A stretch of DNA of 64,000 bases, taken from positions 186,001 through 250,000 of the forward strand of contig NW_025765792.1 in the NCBI RefSeq assembly GCF_003918875.1. Reading direction: 5' to 3'. A program made the position numbers and the translations under genes. Positions 1-15,200 of the stretch are shown here, in pieces; the stretch's first letter is position 1; every line of letters begins with the position of its first letter. This DNA is from Haliotis rubra. Its lineage: Eukaryota. The notes beneath the pieces were generated by a model, which was not told the DNA's origin, ran no database searches, and saw only the letters and a list, made by a program, of their open reading frames with translations.

Positions 1-269
1 TTCTGTATCACTGCTCAAAATCTCATATTCAACCCCAAATCTACAACAAACTTTGAGCAACACCTGTTCCCAATTTACATCAATACAGCTGGAAGAAATG
101 GTATGGCTTTGTAGAGCTACATTAATGCCTTGAACCCAACATCACAACAAATCTGAGTATAAGAAACTATGAATTGTAAAAAAAAGTCCCAATTCAAATA
201 AAGATTCTTTTCTTAGTTTGCAAGAGCCACTTTGTCTGGAATCCAAGTTATATCCCCTGTTCGACTGAC

Positions 270-3200
270 CCATCGGAGAGCTGCATGCCTGGTCAAGAAA
301 AACAGAGGGCCTTCTTCCTGTCAGAGCCCTCCACCAGGTCCTTCTTCAGACTACTTAATTGTACTGGTGGTGGTGGTAGTCCAGGCTGGCGCTCATGTCT
401 CGGCATCTGCGGCTGCATGCCTGGAATCAAGAAAAACAGAAACCTACATCAGCTGTAAAAACAAACAGGAATCCTAACTGTTTGATTGCTAACTTTCCCA
501 AATGTGTTCTAGTCCTCTAGTCCGAGACTACTTAATTGTACTGAGGACAAATACATTCGATGATAAGTCTTCACTGACTAGTAGGTTTTGATGGCGATGA
601 ATCTGAACCAGGTTTGTGACCAGGGGCTTCTTTCACGAAGCAACCTTTACTAAGGTTAACCTTAACTCCCATTCTTTAACATTGCACTAAGGTTACCTTA
701 GTGACTTACGATCACCTTAGTGCTTTGTGAAAGGAGGCCCAGGTCTCTAAGTTACAAACATTTTAATGTCATTTAAGGAGTGAGTGAGTGAGTATGGTTT
801 TACCCCGCTTTTAGCAATATTCCAGCAATGTGAAAAGAAATTGGGCCACAGGTCTCTAAGTCTTACAAACATTTTTATCTCATTGAAGGAGGACTGGCTA
901 AACACTGAGGATTATCCTCTGCACTTGTCTAAAATGAACCCATCCAAAATTTCCAATGAATATTTTGCTAAAAGAGGTAGTTCTCCCTTCCCCCACTCCC
1001 TCTGCATTAGTGTCCTACTTACTTTGCTGGAATAACAGAAGCTCTCAGTGCCTCGCCCGCAGTCCCTGGCCTGACGAGGTCTACCGAGGTCCTCATGTGT
1101 GCGCTAAACAGTCGGGTACACAGCTGCTGGAGGTACTCAGGGGTGATCTGAAACATACACAGCCATGACAGGGGACACCAAGCTGTACCTAGGGACATCA
1201 TTCTGTCGTGGGGGAGGGGACGTAAGTTTGTAGTCAGGGACACAACTCTACATGTTGTGTGACATCTCTATGATAGCCACGATGTGACAAACCACATGAA
1301 TCTGTAATAGGGGAGGGGGAATACAATGTAGTAAGGGCCATAACTCTGTACATTTAGTGGAACACATCTCTGTAGTGAATGACACAATAATGTGCCTAGG
1401 GAGCCACAAAAGAACACAACTCTTATTGGGCCCCTAAAAATATAAAACCAACCAACCAAAAGATCCTTCCTATCAAGTGACAATCAATCTTCACTACTCT
1501 CGTGGTATCACTGCCACAGATGTGCAGGCAGAACTTACAAACAAATAGAATAATTCAGCAAGGGGAAGTCATCACTTGTTTGTAACATGGAGGTCAGTTG
1601 GTTACGAGTTTAACAGGGTGTGTATGAGAGCTGTGAGTTGTGGCAGCGACAGTATAGAGAGCTCAGCAGATCGTGATCATTGTGAGGATGTAGGGTCAAG
1701 GTTGAGTTAAGTCATGTGGCTAATCTTTTGACTTAATTGGTGACACATTTTGCATTCAAAATCACTTAACAGAATAGCACCTGAAAACCCCGTCTTCTGT
1801 CAAAAGTTAAAATTGCCGCGTTTTGGTGCTGAAGGTGTTTACAATCACACAAAGATGACGTTTTGGAAAGAAATAGTATATTTGTATTGTTTTTGCAGCA
1901 TCTCCATGAGTCCAATATTCTCAAAATCATCTATGCGTTTCTTTGTTTGTAAAGTGTATAATTATTTAAGGCCTTTTCTCATGGTCAAACACGCAGTCAA
2001 ACTGTCTTGGCTACTACAATATACAATCGATTTGATACGTCATTCAATTTTAATGCGATTAATTTGAGTTAAATAGATGTCCAATGACTTGAATGTGGTG
2101 TTTCTTATCAGTCACTATCAGTGTCAATGTCTGGATCGCTGAACTGAATAGTGAAGACATCTTCACAAGAGTCAGCCATTGGGCATGTTGTACACATTTC
2201 AGTGCATGAGGGTCTGTTCTTGTGACATACAGAGAGGCTGGTAGAACATCTTGTTACAGTGCAGCCACATTTCACCAGTTGAATGATTGCAGGGGCTGGA
2301 GGAACTGTTGCGGTGACTGGTTTGAAACCGTCCAGCCATACTTTTCTGGGGAAGGAAGTTTAGTGTTGACACAGATGGCATTTTCCCAGATATATATTCT
2401 TGGAAATGCGATCTCAGCATGTCTAAATTAGTTTCAGTGGTGCAGAGGTTGGTGGAAGATTTTCTGCCTGTACTTGTTTCCTTGTGAACAACCACCAGCG
2501 TGCTTTGGAAATAATATACCCAATATATAATACACTTGAGGAACAGAGTATCTGTCTCTGTCAGTTGTGCAACTGGACAATCAGATTCCATATCGACATC
2601 TGCATGTGTAATTTTGTTGACAGAAATACATCATAAAAAAAGATTTCTCCCCACATGTATTTGATCTTTTTTTTTCAAAGGTTATAACCATTTTAGAATG
2701 ATCCTGAAATGAAAACACTTAACACTTCGAAATAAGTATATATTTCAAGGGATTTAATTGAGAGAGTGTGAAGCAGAAAATAGAGTTTTCTCCCCATCAT
2801 TTCATTATATTCTTATCTATTTTCAAAGAACTCTGCTTTTAGAAGAAAAGATTTAAACGTATTAATAAAAAATTGATAAATCATAATCTGATATTGACCA
2901 GCTACATTTTAAAATAAGGACTGCTCCCTTGCTGACTGTCTCACCAAACAGAAATAAACATCTCTTTTTAGTTTCATACATAACTGTTCTTTCACTTTTA
3001 TTAATAATTTGCATTACACTGATTTTATAAACTGAAGCAACCGCATATTTACAAAATGCACAAAACCTATATCTGCTTAAATTCGTCTGCTAGCTGCCAT
3101 TTTGAGAGAGAGGAAGTGTTCATAATTTTTTTTTTCTTGTTTGAAAAAAATATTATGGGGTTTTCTTTTAATAAAAAAAATCCATGAAATAGAGAGAAAC

Positions 3201-6200
3201 ACACTTGGATAAAGTTAATAACCTCAAACTTTAAATATTCAACTCTCCGATTATGACCTTCTGACCTTTTAGCATTGTTACCTTTTCACAACCATTTTGT
3301 ACAGTTCTCAAAAGTACTATTTGCACCATATTTGGCTTGGAACCAAACTTTTTATTAAACTAGCATGTCTGATGAATATAAAAAACACAATGTCTTGCTT
3401 TCATCACAAAACTTCCAGGGACTTGAATACTGTACCCATCCTACCACACTATCATGACAAACTGACAATTTTGACTCAAACCACATCAGTAATCACATCA
3501 ACCCATTGCAGAGAGGCATCCTTCAACACTAGGTTAGTAATGTTTAGTAATTAAGTCACATCGCTACATGAATATAGTGTTATAATATATGGAGTGTCAT
3601 GTCCATGACAACACAATCTAGTCTAACTGCAATACTGGAACTCGATTAAATTTGAATATTCATTTCATTTGAAATCAGCACTTCCTTGATAGAGGTTGAT
3701 CTGTGATTGAATTGATACAAAAATATCATTCATGTCGCAAAGTGAAAAAAAACCCCTGAGACTCATGCATAAAATATGTACCAGTACAATATATATGTAC
3801 AGGTTGACATATGCTGTCATAAAGTAATTTCAACATGTACTGAAGGCATAATTCACAAAGAGGTGCCTGAAATAAAAACAGATATACTGATATACTGCAG
3901 CACTGTAAGATCTGCTTAGATGGATGTTACTCTTGAGGTTTAGCAGTAGCAAATATTAAGAACAGAACTTGGAACAAACCAAGCTCGGGATATCCTTTGA
4001 TAGAAGTTGGTGAGTTCACCACTGCCTCCAACAGTATTTCAGTTATGTCACATCTCGGACATTTACCACTTTGGTGAAGGCCTTGAGTGTGGAGGAAGTC
4101 AAGACACACAATAAGGGGGAATCGGGGATTCCTAGGTGGAGGTTCGGGTTCTTGAACATGGGTGTGATGGTTTGAAAGTGTGGTGAGCCTGGTGGTGTGG
4201 TGGTGTGATGGAGATGTNNNNNNNNNNNNNNNNNNNNNNNNNNNNNNNNNNNNNNNNNNNNNNNNNNNNNNNNNNNNNNNNNNNNNNNNNNNNNNNNNNN
4301 NNNNNNNNNNNNNNNNNNNNNNNNNNNNNNNNNNNNNNNNNNNNNNNNNNNNNNNNNNNNNNNNNNNNNNNNNNNNNNNNNNGTGTGATGATGTGATGGT
4401 GATCTGGTGTGGCATGGTGATGTGATGTGGTGTGGCATGGTGTGGCATGATGTGTTGTGTGGTGATGTGATGGTGATGTGGTGTGGCATGGTGATGTGGC
4501 GTGGCATGACGTGACGTGACGTGTGTGGTGTGGCATGGTGATGTGTTGTGTTGTGTTGTGTGGTGTGATGTGTAGTGGTGATGTGTTGTGTTGTGTGGTG
4601 TGGCATGGTGTGATGTGATGTGGTGTGGCATGGTGATGTGTTGTGTTGTGGTATGGTATGGTGTGGTGTGATGTGGCATAATGATGTGGTGTGGTGGTGT
4701 GTGATGTGTTGTTGTGGTGATGTGTTGTGTGGTGATGTGGTGTGGTGTGGTGTGGTGTGGTGTGGTGATGTATGGTGATGTGTTGTGAATGTAGTGGCAT
4801 GGTGATGTCTTTGTGTGGTGATGTGGCATGGGTGATGTGTGGTGTGGTGATGTGTGGTGTTTAAGAAAAGGCATGCTGATTCTTTGTACATGGGTGTGTT
4901 GGTGTGGTGTGCATGGTAATATGGTGGCAGTGTGCTGCGGTGTGTGGTGTGTTGGTGTGGTGTGCATGGTAATATGGTGGCAGTGTGCTGCAGTGTGTGG
5001 TGTGTTGTGTTGTGCATGGTGTGCATGGAAATATGGTGGCAGTGTGCTGCAGTGTGTGAGTGTCGTGGTGTGGTGTGCATGGTAATATGGTGCAGTGTGT
5101 GGTGTGGTGTGTTGTGTGTGCATGGTAATATGGTGGCAGTGTGCTGCAGTGTGTGGTGTGTTGTGTGTGTGCATGGTAATATGGTGGCAGTGTGCTGCAG
5201 TGTGTGGTGTGTTGGTGTGGTGTGCATGGTAATATGGTGGTGTGCATGGTAATATGGTGGCAGTGTGCTGCATGGTGTGTGGTGTGTGGTGTGGTGTGCA
5301 TGGTGGTAATATGGTGGTAGTGTGCTGCAGTGTGTGGTGTGTTGGCGTGGTGCTTATGGTAATATGGTGGTGGTGTGCGCAGTGTGTGGTGTGTTGTTGT
5401 GTGTGCATGGTAATATGGTGGCAGTGTGCTGCAGTGTGTGGTGTGTGTGGTGTGCATGGTAACATGGTAATATGGTGGTGCTGCAGTGTGTGGTGTGTTG
5501 GTGTGGTGTGCATGGTAATATGGTGGCAGTGTGTGCAGTGTGTGGTGTGTTGTGGTGTGCTGGTAATATGGTGCTGCAGTGGTGCTGCAGTGTAGTGTGT
5601 GTGTGGTGTGTTGGTGTGGTGTGCATGGTAATATGGTGGCAGTATGCTGCTGCAGTGTGGTGTGGTGGTGTGGTGTGCATGGTAATATGTGGCAGTGTGC
5701 TGCAGTGTGTGGTGTGTTGGTGTGGTGTGTTATGTGGTAATATGGTGGCAGTGGTGCAGTATGCAGTGTGTGGTGTGGTGGTGTGGTGTGCATGGTAATA
5801 TGGTGGTAGTGTGCTGCAGTGTGTGGTGTGTGGTGTGGTGCATGGTAATATGGTGGCAGTGTGCTGCAGTGTGTGGTGGTGTGGTGTGCATGGTGGTGGT
5901 GTGCATGGTAATATGGTGGCAGTGTGCTGCAGTGTGTGGTGTGTTGGTGTGGTGTGCATGGTAATATGGTGGCAGTGTGCTGCAGTGTGTGGTGTGGTGG
6001 TGTGGTTTGCATGGTAATATGGTGGCAGTGTGCTGCAGTGTGGCATGGCGAGGCATGGTGTTATGCAGTTTTGATGTGAACAGGAGAGGTGATTCTTGTA
6101 CATGGGTTTGTTGTGTTGTGGTATGGGGGTGTGATGTAGTGTGATGTTGTGTGCATGGTGGCGTGGTGGAGGTCTGTGGTGCAGTGCTGTGGCGTGGCAT

Positions 6201-9200
6201 GGCATGGCATGGCATGACGAGGTGTGGTGTGGTGTTGTACAGCTCGATGTGAAGAGGAGTGGTGATGCGATGCAATGGTGCTGATATGATGGTGCTAATA
6301 GAATGTGATGCAATGGTGAATCTACTGACATAATGCAGACAGCTTAAATACACTGTGACACAGTACATACAAGATTTGGTGAGATTCTATCTTCAGGTGT
6401 ATATATGCAAAATACAAAGACACCTTGTTAACTCGAACATCATTAACTCACTATAACATTTAGACTGATTGACTGACTGACTGACTGAGTTTTTTTTAAG
6501 CCGCTTTTAGCAATATTCCAGCACCATCACGATGGGGGACACCAGAAATGGGCTTCACACATTGTACCCATGTGGGGATTCGAACCCGGGTCTTCGGCTT
6601 GACGAGCCAACGCTTTAACCACTAGGCTACCCCACCGCCCCTTAACATTTAGAAGTAACATGTCCTAGCATTATCTTCGTCAACAACATTTGTTAATATA
6701 AAGACAGCTATCTCGAAACTACAAAGTATTTTACACAAAGCCCATGGCAGTGTAGGAAAGATAGCCCATCCCAACGTCCGAGATGGGTGAATTTTGTGGA
6801 GGACGGGTTAAAAAAATATCTAGTCCGTCCTCATGTCGGGTCAATTTTAGCAAACCAACGACATATATATAATGATTATAACCTTTTTGAATATTTACTG
6901 CCGAAGGTGTTTCATTTATATTCGGAGGACAGGCTTGATTTTGGCAGGACTGGTAAAAAATTTGACCTGCCAGTCCTGTGGACAGGCTAGATTTTCTACA
7001 TCTTTCCTACACTGCCCATGGTCCCAAGAACATCGAGTTAACAAGGTTTGACATTGGTGAAGAAACGGCGCTTCAATGTCAGGCAAACAACTGAATGTAG
7101 CATTTATAACATGCAACATAATGTAACAATGTCTTGAAGAAGCCAAAACATAGCATGCTAATATTTAACCTGGAGAAAAGCCCTCCACATGCTTAAAATA
7201 TATTACAAATCCATCTGTAGATTTTAAGCTTTGAATGCAAGGTCTTGTTAAAACTGACATAACTCCTATCATCCAATTAAAGAATGAATTTTACGTCTTA
7301 AGTGAGAGCCATGTTCAAAATAGCTTGTGTATAAATAAATCTCAAGGCGTAACATGGAAGGACATTACGTTCAGTTGTTCAAGGACATTGTGAGAGTGGA
7401 CAAGGTCGTCAGGCCTTGCTTGCAGGTAATCTCAACTACACAATGATATAATATATGCTAGTTACTTCTTGCTGATTTCCAAACTGAAAGGCAATCGTTT
7501 TATTGGCATTAAAGAAACATAACTAATCAGTAGCAATACCAAATAATATCATACAAACTTTTAGCAAAACAAAAGGACTACTGTCACTGCCAATCTCATT
7601 CAAATCTGATCTTAGTGTTCTCTCCGACTACACCAAAAATCTGACATCATCCTAATACAGTTCACGTCAGAACAACCATTCGCAAACATTGACTTACCAG
7701 TGAAATGACTTATAGGATGTCAGTTAGGTTTACAGCACTAGATTCAAAATAGCAACTTCCATTTCCAGATCTGAGTCAGTACTTCCCATGGGATAAGGAA
7801 AGTCTTCTGTGCCAAAACCTTTAACTCGTTTGGAAACCATTATGCTAACTTCATGAGGTTGAAAGATCAGAAAACACATGCAGACTCTCAGTATCTACGT
7901 CTGGTAAAGGATGATGCTAAGATTGGTCAAGGTTCATTCTGATGTATCCTGTAACTGGATGTACTCACGTGAGTGTGTAGCAGAAGCAATCAGCAGGGGT
8001 TCAATTTTTTTTTAAAAAGCCACTTGCCACTTTACAGAATACTAACTTAACTACACAAGGTCCTATTATTTCTACTTTAATCCAATTTCTACAAGATCTA
8101 GAATGTGTACAGCCATTTAATTGTTTTAATAGGCACTTATGACATACAAAATAGTTCAAGGTATTTGTAATTATTTCACAGATCTGGGATCAAATAAGAA
8201 ATCTGCAACAAGATCCAAATGTAAAGAACAGTTGATTTATTCCTCCATCTCTGACATTTAACAGTAAAATCCTCAGAAGAAGATCAATAACACAACCAGC
8301 AGGGAAGTGTGAGTGAGTGGGTTGGGTTTTGTACCAATTTTAGCAATATCACAATATTATAGCCATATCACAGCAGGGACACTCGAAATGGGCTTCACAG
8401 ATTGTACCCATGTGTGGAGTCAAACTAGGCCTTTGGTGTGACGAGTGAACGCTTTAATCAGTAGGCTACCCCACAGCCCCACAGTGTTAGTGAGAGCTAG
8501 AAAGTAAGCACATCAGTGTTATTTCAGCCATATACTGCAATGGGACCAAGTTTGTACACATATGGAAGTACTTTTTATTCTTTCCATTTTTGGGGCTTCA
8601 ACAATACTTTTGAGATCTTTCTCTAATTTATTATATTTCTGTCTTGATGCCTGATGCTTTCAAGTTTTCTTTGAAATCTGTAAACAAGTTACAACAGGCA
8701 CAGTGATTGATGATCATTGTAACCTTAACCATCAAACAACTCAAATCTAACTGCAAATTAAAACATGCTTAAATCTAATTGCTAGATAACACACAAATAT
8801 TAGTTCATGCAAACAAATTAATTGAATCTCGCAGAGAACATGTAGAAAGAGAAGATTTGAAGTTGATGAGATATATAACCTCATGCATATTCAGCTAGAT
8901 ACTGAAGCCTTCCTTACACGCTGAATGAACGTAGTATACAAGGACTAAAGAGAACTAAAGAGAACTAAGATGCAAGAACACAATGAGAGATTATACTTAC
9001 TGTCTTGGAACTTTCCTGAAGAGTAATATTAGTACAACAGTAGACTCATCTTAGTCGTAAAGTATTGTGCATTGTGTGCAGTTGGCTCAAACAGGTGTGT
9101 CAAGCTGCAGGGTATTATAAGATATTGGAGGAACATTCATTCGCATTCTCTTCCCACAGAGGTTACTTGTCATATCTTCCTACGAACCTCTGTTCTAATA

Positions 9201-12200
9201 CGGCCCTTTTATGGTGCAAGTGTTCAGGATTCGTAATTGGTTGCAATCAGATTTAGTTGTGCAATCAGCGATGTTTCAAAAGCGATCATTCGCAAGGCCT
9301 CAGTAATTTGCATATGCTTCGGGAAAAATATAACCTCTTCCCCTGCGCGATGCGCAAATGCTTCTTCTAGACAAAACTCATTTAATGGCAGATCAATGGC
9401 GTCTCCATCGCCTTCGTTGACAACGGACAAGCTAGCCATTAAATGCCTTGTGTGTCACATCAACACAAGTCCTCGGCTGAGGAGGGATATTTGTGGCTCC
9501 ACATTTGCTTGTATTAGTCAAGCTGGATCTAAGTTGATGTAACACGTGTTCTGACTGGATAGAAAGAAGGGAGATAATTTGTTTGCGATTTTTGGCCGCT
9601 AGGGGATTTTACGAAATATGGTCGTATTAGAACAGAGGTTCATAGGAAGATATGACAAGTAACCACTGTGGGAAGAGAATGATTCATCCTAGGAACTGAC
9701 AATTTCACGTCTCTGTTGGGGGCTGGTGGGGCTGTGTGTCAAGGTTACTTACTAGGCTGAAGGGGCTCTCTGCCTGGTGGGACTGGGTGTTTGGGGGCTG
9801 GAGCTGGTGGATCTGGGTGTTTAGGGGCCAGGGCTGGTGGGGCAAGGTGCATTGGGCTGAAGCTTGGATGGGTGTCTTGGGGTTTGGGGTTTATGGGGTC
9901 TGGGTGTTTAGGGGCCAGGGCTGGTGGGGTAAGGCGCATTGGGCTGAAGCTTGGCTGGGTGTTTTGGGGCTGGGGGGTTTGGGTTTATGGGGGCTGGATG
10001 TTTAGGGGCCAGGGCTGGGCTGGTGGGGCTAGGTGCATTGGACTGAGGCTTGGCCTGGTGTCCTGGGGCTGTTGGGTCTGGATGTATTGGATCTGGGTCT
10101 GGGTGTTTAGGATCTGGGTCTGGGTATTTAGGGTCTAGGTCTGGGTGTATTAGATCTGGATCTGGGTGTTTAGGATCTGGGTATTTAGGGTCTGGGTGTT
10201 TATGGTCTGGGTCTGAGTGTAATGGGCCTGGGTCTGGGTTTTTAGGTCCTGGGTCTGGTTGTATTGGAGCTGGATCTGGGTGTTTATGGTCTTGGTCTAG
10301 GTCTGGGTATTTATGGTCTGGGTCTAGGTTTATTGGGACTGGGTCTGGGTGTTTATGGTCTGGGTCTAGGTCTGGGTATTTAGGGTCTTGGGGTATTGGG
10401 ACTGGGTCTTGGTGTTTATGGTCTGGGTCTGGGTGTTTATGGTCTGGGTCTGGGTGTTTGGGGTCTGGGTGTATTGGATCTGGGTCTGGGTGTTTATGGT
10501 CTGGGTCTGGGTGTATTGGGCCTGGGTCTTGGTGTTTATGGTCTGGGTGTTTATGGTCTGGGTATTTAGGGCCTGGGTCTAAGTCTGGGTATTTAGGGTC
10601 TGGGTCTGGGTGTATTGGGCCTGGGTCTGGGTGTTTATGGTCTGGGTCTGGGTGTATTGGGCCTGGGTCTGGGTGTTTATGGTCTGGGGTGGGACTGGGT
10701 CTGTGTATTGGGACTGGGTCTGGGTGTTTTTATGGTCTGGGTGTTTATGGTCTGGGGTCTGGGTGGGTTGGGCCTGGGTCTGGGTGTTTATGGTCTGGGT
10801 CTGGATGTATTGGGACTGGGTCTGGGTGTTTATGGTCTGGGTGTTTATGGTCTGGGTATTTAGGGCCTGGGTCTAGGTCTGGGTATTTAGGTCCTGGGTC
10901 TCGGTGTATTGGGCCTGGGTCTGGGTGTTTATGGTCTGGGTATTTAGGGCCTGGGTGTAGGTCTGGGTATTTAGAGTCTGGGTCTGGGTGTTTATGGTCT
11001 GGGTCTGGGTGTATTGGGCCTGGGTCTGGGTGTTTATGGTCTGGGTATTTAGGGCCTGGGTCTAGGTCTGGGTATTTAGGGTCTGGGTGTCTTGGGGCTG
11101 GTGGGTCAAGGTGTTTAGGGGCTAGGGCTGAGGCTGGGGTTGGGACTGGGTGTTTAGGGTCTGGGTGTGGGTCTGGGTGTCCCTACGGCAAGGGCAGGGC
11201 TGCATCTCGGCCAGTGGGGATAGGGGTGGCAGGGACTTTTTTGTGACACAATATCTATTTGCGTATTTATAAACAATCCCAGGCCCATCTGAGAATATCA
11301 AATGGTCAGCTCCAATATCATTTCCATACACAGGCAAACAATTAAACAACTGTTGTAGTCATGCATCTGAAGCTTAGAACATGCAAGCTGCATTTGTCTA
11401 CTGATCATATTTATACAATTAAAATTATGATAGAATTATTACAGAGAATGTTTTTATTGTTTTTGTTTGAACAAAATATGAGAAGCAAATGGGCTCAGCT
11501 ATTTTTGAGTTTTAAAGAATGAAAATAATTGAGGCAAAGCATTCTGCAACATCTACAAATAAATTCCACAACCGAATCTAATATGGAGATCAAATTTTCT
11601 ATATAAAAATGTTAATTAGAATTAACAATATTATCATGTGCCCAATATAAGTTGTAAAGTCAACAGTTAAAATAATGCATGAAACATGAAAACCAACTGG
11701 TGTGTGTCATTGATTAAAAATACATGCACATCTGTAAGACAGTTCAAAGCATGCACAATTTGCACTTACATGCTTAAGGAAATATTACTGTATTTCAATA
11801 TTTGTTTAACCTTATATGTGGCAAATACTCACTGGCTTCCCCTGAACGGTTGACTCAAGAGCGTCTACTAGATCGGCAGTTATTCCTATCAGGTTATGGT
11901 AGTCAGCCTGCAACATAGCATCAATAGCTGGTGTAAATGTTGATATCAACTCACCTCCCCTAATATGGTAAACTACTTCACTANNNNNNNNNNNNNNNNN
12001 NNNNNNNNNNNNNNNNNNNNNNNNNNNNNNNNNNNNNNNNNNNNNNNNNNNNNNNNNNNNNNNNNNNNNNNNNNNNNNNNNNNNNNNNNNNNNNNNNNNN
12101 NNNNNNNNNNNNNNNNNNCACTCAGCAATATTGCAATCATATGGCGGCGGTCTGTAAATAATCAAGATTTGACCAGACAATGCAGTGATCATCGGCATGA

Positions 12201-15200
12201 ACATTGATATACACAATTGGGATATGGTGACATGTGCAATCAAGTCTGCGAGCCTGACCACCTGATCCTGTTAGTCTCCTCTTATGACAAACATGGGTAA
12301 CTGAAGATCAATTCTAACCTGGATCTTCATGTCATCATAATAATCATGACAATGACAAAGACATTGTAATCATTAAGCATAATAAGTAGATTGCCTGGTG
12401 CATATAACAGATACTTTCTATTCTAATGAAGTTCCAGAGGTTAACATTGAAATCTCTAATCTGCAATAGGCCCAGGTTTCTGAGGCTAGAAAATATGACA
12501 TCAGTAAAATTCTATGAAATGAGATGACAGTGACATAATTTGCCAGTTTGGGACCCCAGGGTTTAGGCCTCGGACTCTCAGTGATTATCTAGAGACCCTT
12601 GGACCCATAAACAGACCCAGGAAACACAACCTTAGACACAAACCAATGTATCACAAAACAGGCAGTATCTTATCCCACAAAGTTATCTTTTCATGATTTA
12701 CAAATCTTCGTTAAGTAAGACATTCAAGACAATAACCAGAGAGATAAGGTAAAGAATATATATGCTTTCACTGAAGTTGGAAATGGCAGCCTGTGTTTGA
12801 CTGAACCTGGACCAGCTTCACCATTATTTGTCAGCATAAGCAAGTATCCATGCCTGCAACATAGGCAAGTATTCATGCCTGCAGCGTAAGCAAGTATCCA
12901 TGCCTTCTTCAGCAGCAATAATCCATGCCTTCAGCATAAGCAAATATCCATGCCTTCAGCATAAGCAAGTATCCATGCCTTCAGCATAAGCAAGTATCCA
13001 TGCCTTCAGCATAAGCAAGTATCAATGCCTGCATGCCTTCAGCATAAGCAAGTATCCATGCCTTCAGCATAAGCAAGTATCAATGCCTGCAGCATAAGCA
13101 AGTATCCATGCCTTCAGCATAAGCAAGTATCCATGCTTTCAGTGTAAAAGATCCATGGCTTCAGCATCTGCAATATTCCATGCCTGCAGCATGAACAAGT
13201 ATCCATGCCTTGTGCAGCAGCAATGATCCATGCCTGCAGCATGAACAAGTATCCATGCCTGCAGCAGCACTGATCCATGCCTGCAGCATCAGTAAGTATC
13301 TAAGCCCCCAGCAAATGATGCCAGATAATGAAGACACACGTTAATGACCTGAGTGTGTCCAGTGGCACACTGTACATGATCCACATCTACAAATGTGTTT
13401 CTGCATCTAGAGGGAAGTAGAATTTCGACATTGACAGCATTACCTGAACCCTGCTGTGACGTCTCATGTATGTGGAGGTCTTCTTCTCTGCATCTAGCAG
13501 CTTCTGTTGCAGCATTGACAACTGCTGTGTACCTACAACAATACACCAAAGCTGTATTTATCACCTGTGTGCTGAGAATTTGGGGAGTCTTTCGTAGTTA
13601 AATTTAGGAATCGACATATAAACCCAAAAGTACTTTGACATACTGATTAATAACTAAATGAATCATTCGGATTGTGTATAGATAACTATTACAATTCAAT
13701 GTACCATTTTTCTTTTTAATCAATTTCATGCTTTATCTGAACTAGATTGATAAAAAAGTTAGAATTTACTTTTTACTCCTTGTATTGGTACTAAATGTAA
13801 ACAATTCTGTGGCACTAAGTATACAATCAGGTTTGTAGTACTGTACTGAGAATACTGTGATAACTTACTTTTGCCAGTACCTAGACCACTTCCTCTCTGT
13901 CATATGGTTAAAGAACGGCACTCAATGTATTCTGTGTTTCTAAACTCCAGCCCATATAACATCATCAGGATGACATGAACAATAAGTCTACATATACAAG
14001 GGCAAGCAACATCGAACTGGGATTTCAGTTACAGGAGTAATTAAACATGAAACCCTACGTGATCCAGGTTGCATAGATGCCAACCCCAAAGTGTTGCAAA
14101 TAGTAGGTTCAAGGCTCAAAAATGTAATTTTTCAAGTAAAATTGATATTTTTATACTTATCCTGACTCATGATCTTTTGCTTATCTCCCTTTCCCTTGCG
14201 AAAGGTAGTGGAACACTTGAAGCCCTTGTAGTTCCCGAGTACCGCCTCCGTGGTGTAGTGGTTAGAGCGTCTGCCCGGAGTGCGGAAGGTCGCGGGTTCG
14301 ATCCCCGACCGCGTCATACCAAAAGACGTTAACATATGGTACTTGTTGGTCCCTGCCTGGTGCTCGGCATTAATGGGTACAACAAGAACTGGTCGGCTTG
14401 GAGTCGGTATAATGTGTCTGAGGGGGGTATTCATGCTTCACTGCGGCATGGTATCTCAGTGGGCTAGCACTACAAAACCAGCTTCAGTCTGTGCTAGTAC
14501 AAGCAGCCGCACATACACATACACACGCATGCACGTCATCATATGAGCGAAATATTCTCAAGCACGACGATAAACCCAATTTCACCTCACCTCACCTTGA
14601 AGTTCCCGAAGCAGACGTAAAAATACACTCACCCACGAGTTACCTCCCTTTTGCCCCTTCCCGCGCAAACAGTCATGTGACCAGCCTTACTTGTCACTCT
14701 CTCCGGTTTTTCTGCCAATGCACTTGGATCTGCTGTGAAATCCTAAGTGTTTCCAGTGGGGAGGTTGGGAGGGCTTCTCGTCATGAGTCAGGATAAGTAT
14801 AAAAATATCACTTTTACTTGAAAAATTACATATTTTTTCTTATCCTGACTCATGATCTTTAGCTTATAGAATCCTGTGGATTGGTGGTGGGTCAGGCCAC
14901 TTCCTGGATGCATCAGCTGTCCTTATATATGTCCTGTATCCCCCCCATCCCCCACCCCTAGAACTGCGAAACGGCATTTCCTTGATCCTACTCTTCCAAC
15001 TTCCGTTATAACTCGGGGGGACCACTCTCTTGTCTTACTTCAGTCTCAGACAAGTTGAATCATGTTGATTCATGTGGCTTCAGATAAACTAGTATCTTCT
15101 TATTACTAGATATCTCATAACAACCCATAGATTATGATAAGATCTTTATCATAAATGAGTTGCGACCCCTTCATGTACAGGTAAGATCTTTACGCGTACA

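Noticed and set aside
213-288. Alternative terminal ARMC9 exon ([11 protein letters not shown]...*)
   Set aside because: Better explained as the end of disrupted exon 10, with a donor after LRW and an inserted copy of the acceptor.
2199-2591. 130-aa ORF in the ARMC9 intron
   Set aside because: No recognisable domain; possibly decayed transposon sequence, but not supportable.
3927-6368. Long His/Thr/Pro-rich and Val/Cys/Trp-rich ORFs
   Set aside because: Translations of a minisatellite that is open in several frames on both strands, spans an N-gap and lies inside an ARMC9 intron.
10050-11246. 398-aa Gly/Ser/Cys-rich ORF resembling a structural protein
   Set aside because: Non-ATG start, no signal peptide, and a hexamer repeat that is open by composition.
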